From Bacillota bacterium (GTDB lineage Bacteria; Bacillota; Clostridia; Christensenellales; WQRI01), in assembly GCA_009786825.1 (NCBI GenBank), contig WQRI01000001.1, positions 15,266 to 79,265 on the forward strand: a stretch of 64,000 nucleotides of DNA, given 5' to 3'. Shown here in pieces: positions 61,345-64,000 of the stretch. Every line of letters starts with the position of its first letter. Within the stretch, counting starts at the first letter, position 1. Position numbers and translations under genes: made by a program. The notes under the pieces are model-generated. The model made no database searches and was not told the origin of the DNA. It saw nothing but the letters and a program-made list of their open reading frames with translations.

Positions 61345-64000
61345 ATGGCACAGTACGATATAAATAAAACCAAAGGTAAGGTAAGACCTACGGCAGAGAG
61401 TGATAGTAAAGAAGCAAAGGCAAGCAAGGCAGTATTTGAAAGCCAGCGTGCTAAGTTTTTGGCTGCCTCTCACGGAATAGATGCGGGGCTTATAAAGCCA
61501 ACGGGCAAGGGCAAAAAAATTACAGAGCAAGATGTTGTTGCATATTTAAAAACGGGCAGAAAGGCAGAAGAGCAAGCAAAAAAGACAGCAGAAAAAGAGC
61601 AAGAAAAAGCAAGGCTTGCAAGTATGAGCAAAGCAGAAAGAGACGCCCTAAAAGAAGCAGAGAAAAAAGAAAAACAGCGCCTAGCAAAAGAAGCAGAAAA
61701 GCAAAAAAAGGCTGCAGAAAAAGTAAGAAAAGAAATAGAGGCGGCAGAAATAGCGCTTAAAGAAAGACAAAAAGGCAAGCGTGGCGCACTAAGTGCAGCG
61801 GCCGCAAGAAAAGAATTAGAAAAGGCAAAGAAAGAAGCAGACAAAGAAAAGAAAGAAGCAGCAAAGGCTGCTAAGGCTGTAAAGGCAACTAAGGGGGTAA
61901 CTAAAGAGACAGCAAAGGTAGCAACTAAGGTAGAAACCAAGGGGGCAAGTAAGGCGACTAGTAAAGCAAGTGAGACCAAGGCTGATACAAATGTTGCTAG
62001 CGAGATTAACGAAGCAAACGTGGCTAGTGAGATTAAGAGTGCTAGTGAGACAAAGGAAGCAAGCGTTAAGCAAATTATAAGCGGGGTGTCTACAACGGCA
62101 GAGAGCGTAGAGATAGATGTTGCTAGTGAACTTTTTGCTGATGTTCAGCGAGTGGCGGCAAAGGGTGGCTTTAAAAAACTAGATGAGAGTGAAATAGCAA
62201 GCGAGCAGTCTGCTGAGCAAGAAATTAACGAAGCACAAGATGTAGATAATGAAGCCCAAGCAATAGAAACAGAGCAAGATATTGTAGCCGAGAAACAAGC
62301 ACAAGTTGCAGAAGTAGAGAGTGAAACGCAAACGGAAACGGAAGCACAAATTATAGAAAATGAGAATGAAATAGAAGCCCAAACTGAAGTACAAGATGCA
62401 GAAAAAGAACAAGAAGTTGCAACAGAAACTGAGACACAAACAATAGAAAAAGAGCAAGTGGCAGAGCCACAAGAGAGTGCTAGAGAAAGCACAACAGATA
62501 GTGGCGACCTTTTTGCTGATGTTCAGCGCGTGGCTGCTAAGGGTGGTTTTAAGGGCTTAGAAGGCAAAGAAAATGAAGGGGCAGAGCAAGCAAGCGAGAT
62601 TGAAAGGCTAAAACAGCAACTAGAGCAACTGCAAAAAGAGAAAGAAGAAGCCTACAAAAAAGCAGAGGAAATAGCAAAAAGAGAGCAAGAGCAACTAGAA
62701 AAAGAAAGGCACCAGAGGGCAGAGCAAGAGAGAGAGGAAAAAGAGCAAGCCGAAAAATTAGAAGCAGAGAGGCTAGAAAAAGAAAAGGCAGAAAGAGAGA
62801 GAATAGAGCGCGATAAAAAAGAAAAAGAGAGATTAGAGCAAGAAAAAAACGAGCAAGAAAGGTTAGAAAAAGAAAAGGCGGAAGCAGAAAGACAAGAGCA
62901 AGAGAGGCAAGAAAAAGAAAAATTAAAGAAAGAGTTAGAAGCGATAGAGGCAGAAAAGTTGGCAATGCGCCTAGAGTATGAGAGGCGTGAGCAAGAAAGG
63001 CTAGAAAAAGAAAGCCAAGAAAGAGACAGGATAGACGCCCTGCGCCAAGAAAAAGAAAGGCAAGAGAGAGAAAAACTAGAGCAAGAAAAGAATGAGTTAG
63101 AGCGCCAACTAGAAGCAGAAAGAGAGCGCACAAAAGAGTTAGAGCGCCAAAAACAGCAAGAGAGACAGCACCTAGATGAACTAGCAAGGCTAGCAAGTTT
63201 GGCAAACGAGCAAGCGGTAGAGCATAGCGCGCAAGACCAGCCTACAGATGATAGGACAGAGAATGAAATAGGCGAGCAAGATGCAGATACCTTAGCAGAC
63301 TATGTGGACACAGATATAAGCGACGACGACACTACAAGCCAAGACCCAACTACAGACACCGACACATCAGAGAACGAAGCCGAGACACTTGTGTTAAAGC
63401 GCGACGACCTAAACCTAGAAGCCCTAAACAAAATAGAGCATAAAACAATGCAGGTTACTGTAGATGTGTCTAAACTGATAGAGTGGCTAGAAGACAAAAA
63501 AGAGCAAGGCATAACGCTTGATAACGTTGTGCTAAGCGTTGTCTCACGCGCGCTAGATACCCACCCGCAATTTAACGCAAGCCTAGAAGGCGCACACACA
63601 AAGCACCAACCAGACATCAACTTAGGCTATACAATACAAGTTAACGGCAACTCTAAAACAATTGTTATACCAGACTGTCGCGACAAAAACGTAGAGCAAA
63701 TTGCAAGCGAGTTATCAGCAATAAAAATGCTTTACGAAGTGGGCGAGAGTCTAAGCCAAACCCCGCCGACATTTACTGTGGTCTCCCTATCAGACTACGG
63801 CATAGAAAGTTTTAAGCCAGACATCGCGGGCAACAATGTTGCGGCACTAGGCGTTGGGGCTGTGGGCGTAAAAATAAAAGTAGAGGGCGGCTCTACTGTG
63901 CCGTACCCATCAGTTAACCTAACCTTAAGTTACAACCCGCTAGGCATAAACGACTTTCAAGCCGCACAATTTATGAAAACCATAAGCACTACGTTAAATG
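61345..64000 (+). CDS. E2 (2-oxoacid dehydrogenase acyltransferase)-like protein: a PSBD, a charged linker of roughly 680 aa and a catalytic-fold domain lacking the active-site His; 3' end outside the window
   Basis: Hand translation (not in the ORF track because it is open-ended): MAQYDINKTKGK...SQRAKFLAASHGIDAGLIKPTGKGKKITEQDVVAYL is the E3-binding domain. A very long E/K/Q-rich tract follows. The C-terminal LDNVVLSVVSRALDTHPQFNASLEG...TFTVVSLSDYGIESF...VNLTLSYNPLGINDFQAAQF aligns to E2 catalytic domains, with NPL..ND in place of DHR..DG. Confidence 0.75.
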   Translation, partial: MAQYDINKTKGKVRPTAESDSKEAKASKAVFESQRAKFLAASHGIDAGLIKPTGKGKKITEQDVVAYLKTGRKAEEQAKKTAEKEQEKARLASMSKAERDALKEAEKKEKQRLAKEAEKQKKAAEKVRKEIEAAEIALKERQKGKRGALSAAAARKELEKAKKEADKEKKEAAKAAKAVKATKGVTKETAKVATKVETKGASKATSKASETKADTNVASEINEANVASEIKSASETKEASVKQIISGVSTTAESVEIDVASELFADVQRVAAKGGFKKLDESEIASEQSAEQEINEAQDVDNEAQAIETEQDIVAEKQAQVAEVESETQTETEAQIIENENEIEAQTEVQDAEKEQEVATETETQTIEKEQVAEPQESARESTTDSGDLFADVQRVAAKGGFKGLEGKENEGAEQASEIERLKQQLEQLQKEKEEAYKKAEEIAKREQEQLEKERHQRAEQEREEKEQAEKLEAERLEKEKAERERIERDKKEKERLEQEKNEQERLEKEKAEAERQEQERQEKEKLKKELEAIEAEKLAMRLEYERREQERLEKESQERDRIDALRQEKERQEREKLEQEKNELERQLEAERERTKELERQKQQERQHLDELARLASLANEQAVEHSAQDQPTDDRTENEIGEQDADTLADYVDTDISDDDTTSQDPTTDTDTSENEAETLVLKRDDLNLEALNKIEHKTMQVTVDVSKLIEWLEDKKEQGITLDNVVLSVVSRALDTHPQFNASLEGAHTKHQPDINLGYTIQVNGNSKTIVIPDCRDKNVEQIASELSAIKMLYEVGESLSQTPPTFTVVSLSDYGIESFKPDIAGNNVAALGVGAVGVKIKVEGGSTVPYPSVNLTLSYNPLGINDFQAAQFMKTISTTLN

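Noticed and set aside
61470-63620. Several long minus-strand ORFs rich in S/L/F/C/A (61470-61979, 62145-62492, 62549-63205, 63300-63620)
   Set aside because: They are antisense shadows of the plus-strand GAA/AAA/GCA-rich E2-like gene. They have no SD and nonsensical low-complexity translations, whereas the plus frame gives recognisable PSBD and E2 domains.

Overview
This window looks like chromosomal DNA from a moderately AT-rich, endospore-forming Firmicute. The evidence is yabP/yabQ, Gram-positive lipoboxes and strong AGGAGG/AGGGGGA Shine-Dalgarno sites.

Housekeeping backbone, mostly on the minus strand up to about 51.6 kb: aroQ, archaeal-type proS, a degenerate SbcC/Rad50-like coiled-coil protein, a DAG-kinase-family lipid kinase, type III glutamine synthetase, guaA, purF, purA, purB, purC, a heterodimeric ABC exporter pair, cvpA, potABCD with an HTH-cupin regulator, yabP/yabQ and gltX. 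Right of about 51.7 kb, genes switch almost entirely to the plus strand: parB with two perfect parS sites, tRNA-Ile(GAU) and tRNA-Ala(UGC), a DUF2207 membrane protein, methylaspartate ammonia-lyase, a GspS-like ATP-grasp fusion protein, and an E2-acyltransferase-like protein that runs off the right edge and is missing from the ORF track.

Accessory content: three type II TA pairs (ParE-like, HigBA-like, YafQ/DinJ), a DUF1016 nuclease cassette bracketed by about 160-bp direct repeats, a four-helix-bundle gene, rtcB, and a 1798-aa surface lipoprotein with three FMN_bind-like modules.

Most notable observations:
1. A tandem array of 11 genes (7.5-13.8 kb), plus one outlier at 1.2 kb. All encode a canonical double-glycine (EMQxIEGG) leader fused to large, diverse cargo domains. 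No C39 peptidase exporter lies in the window.
2. A pervasive family of about 90-200-nt intergenic hairpin elements. The central core (CACCGCTAGCGCGGGCAA ... CTGTTCAAACGCTTTGCA) is conserved, but the inverted arms are locus-specific low-complexity words. Related elements are read through in frame inside an ABC-transporter gene and an ATP-grasp gene.
3. A DnaA-box cluster in an AT-rich gap near the parB/parS locus and the gene-orientation switch.
4. Several degenerate pseudo-enzyme architectures: a Walker-less SbcC-like protein and a His-less E2 catalytic domain joined to a PSBD by a very long charged linker.

Everything rests on reading the sequence and the ORF track. No database search or computation was run.
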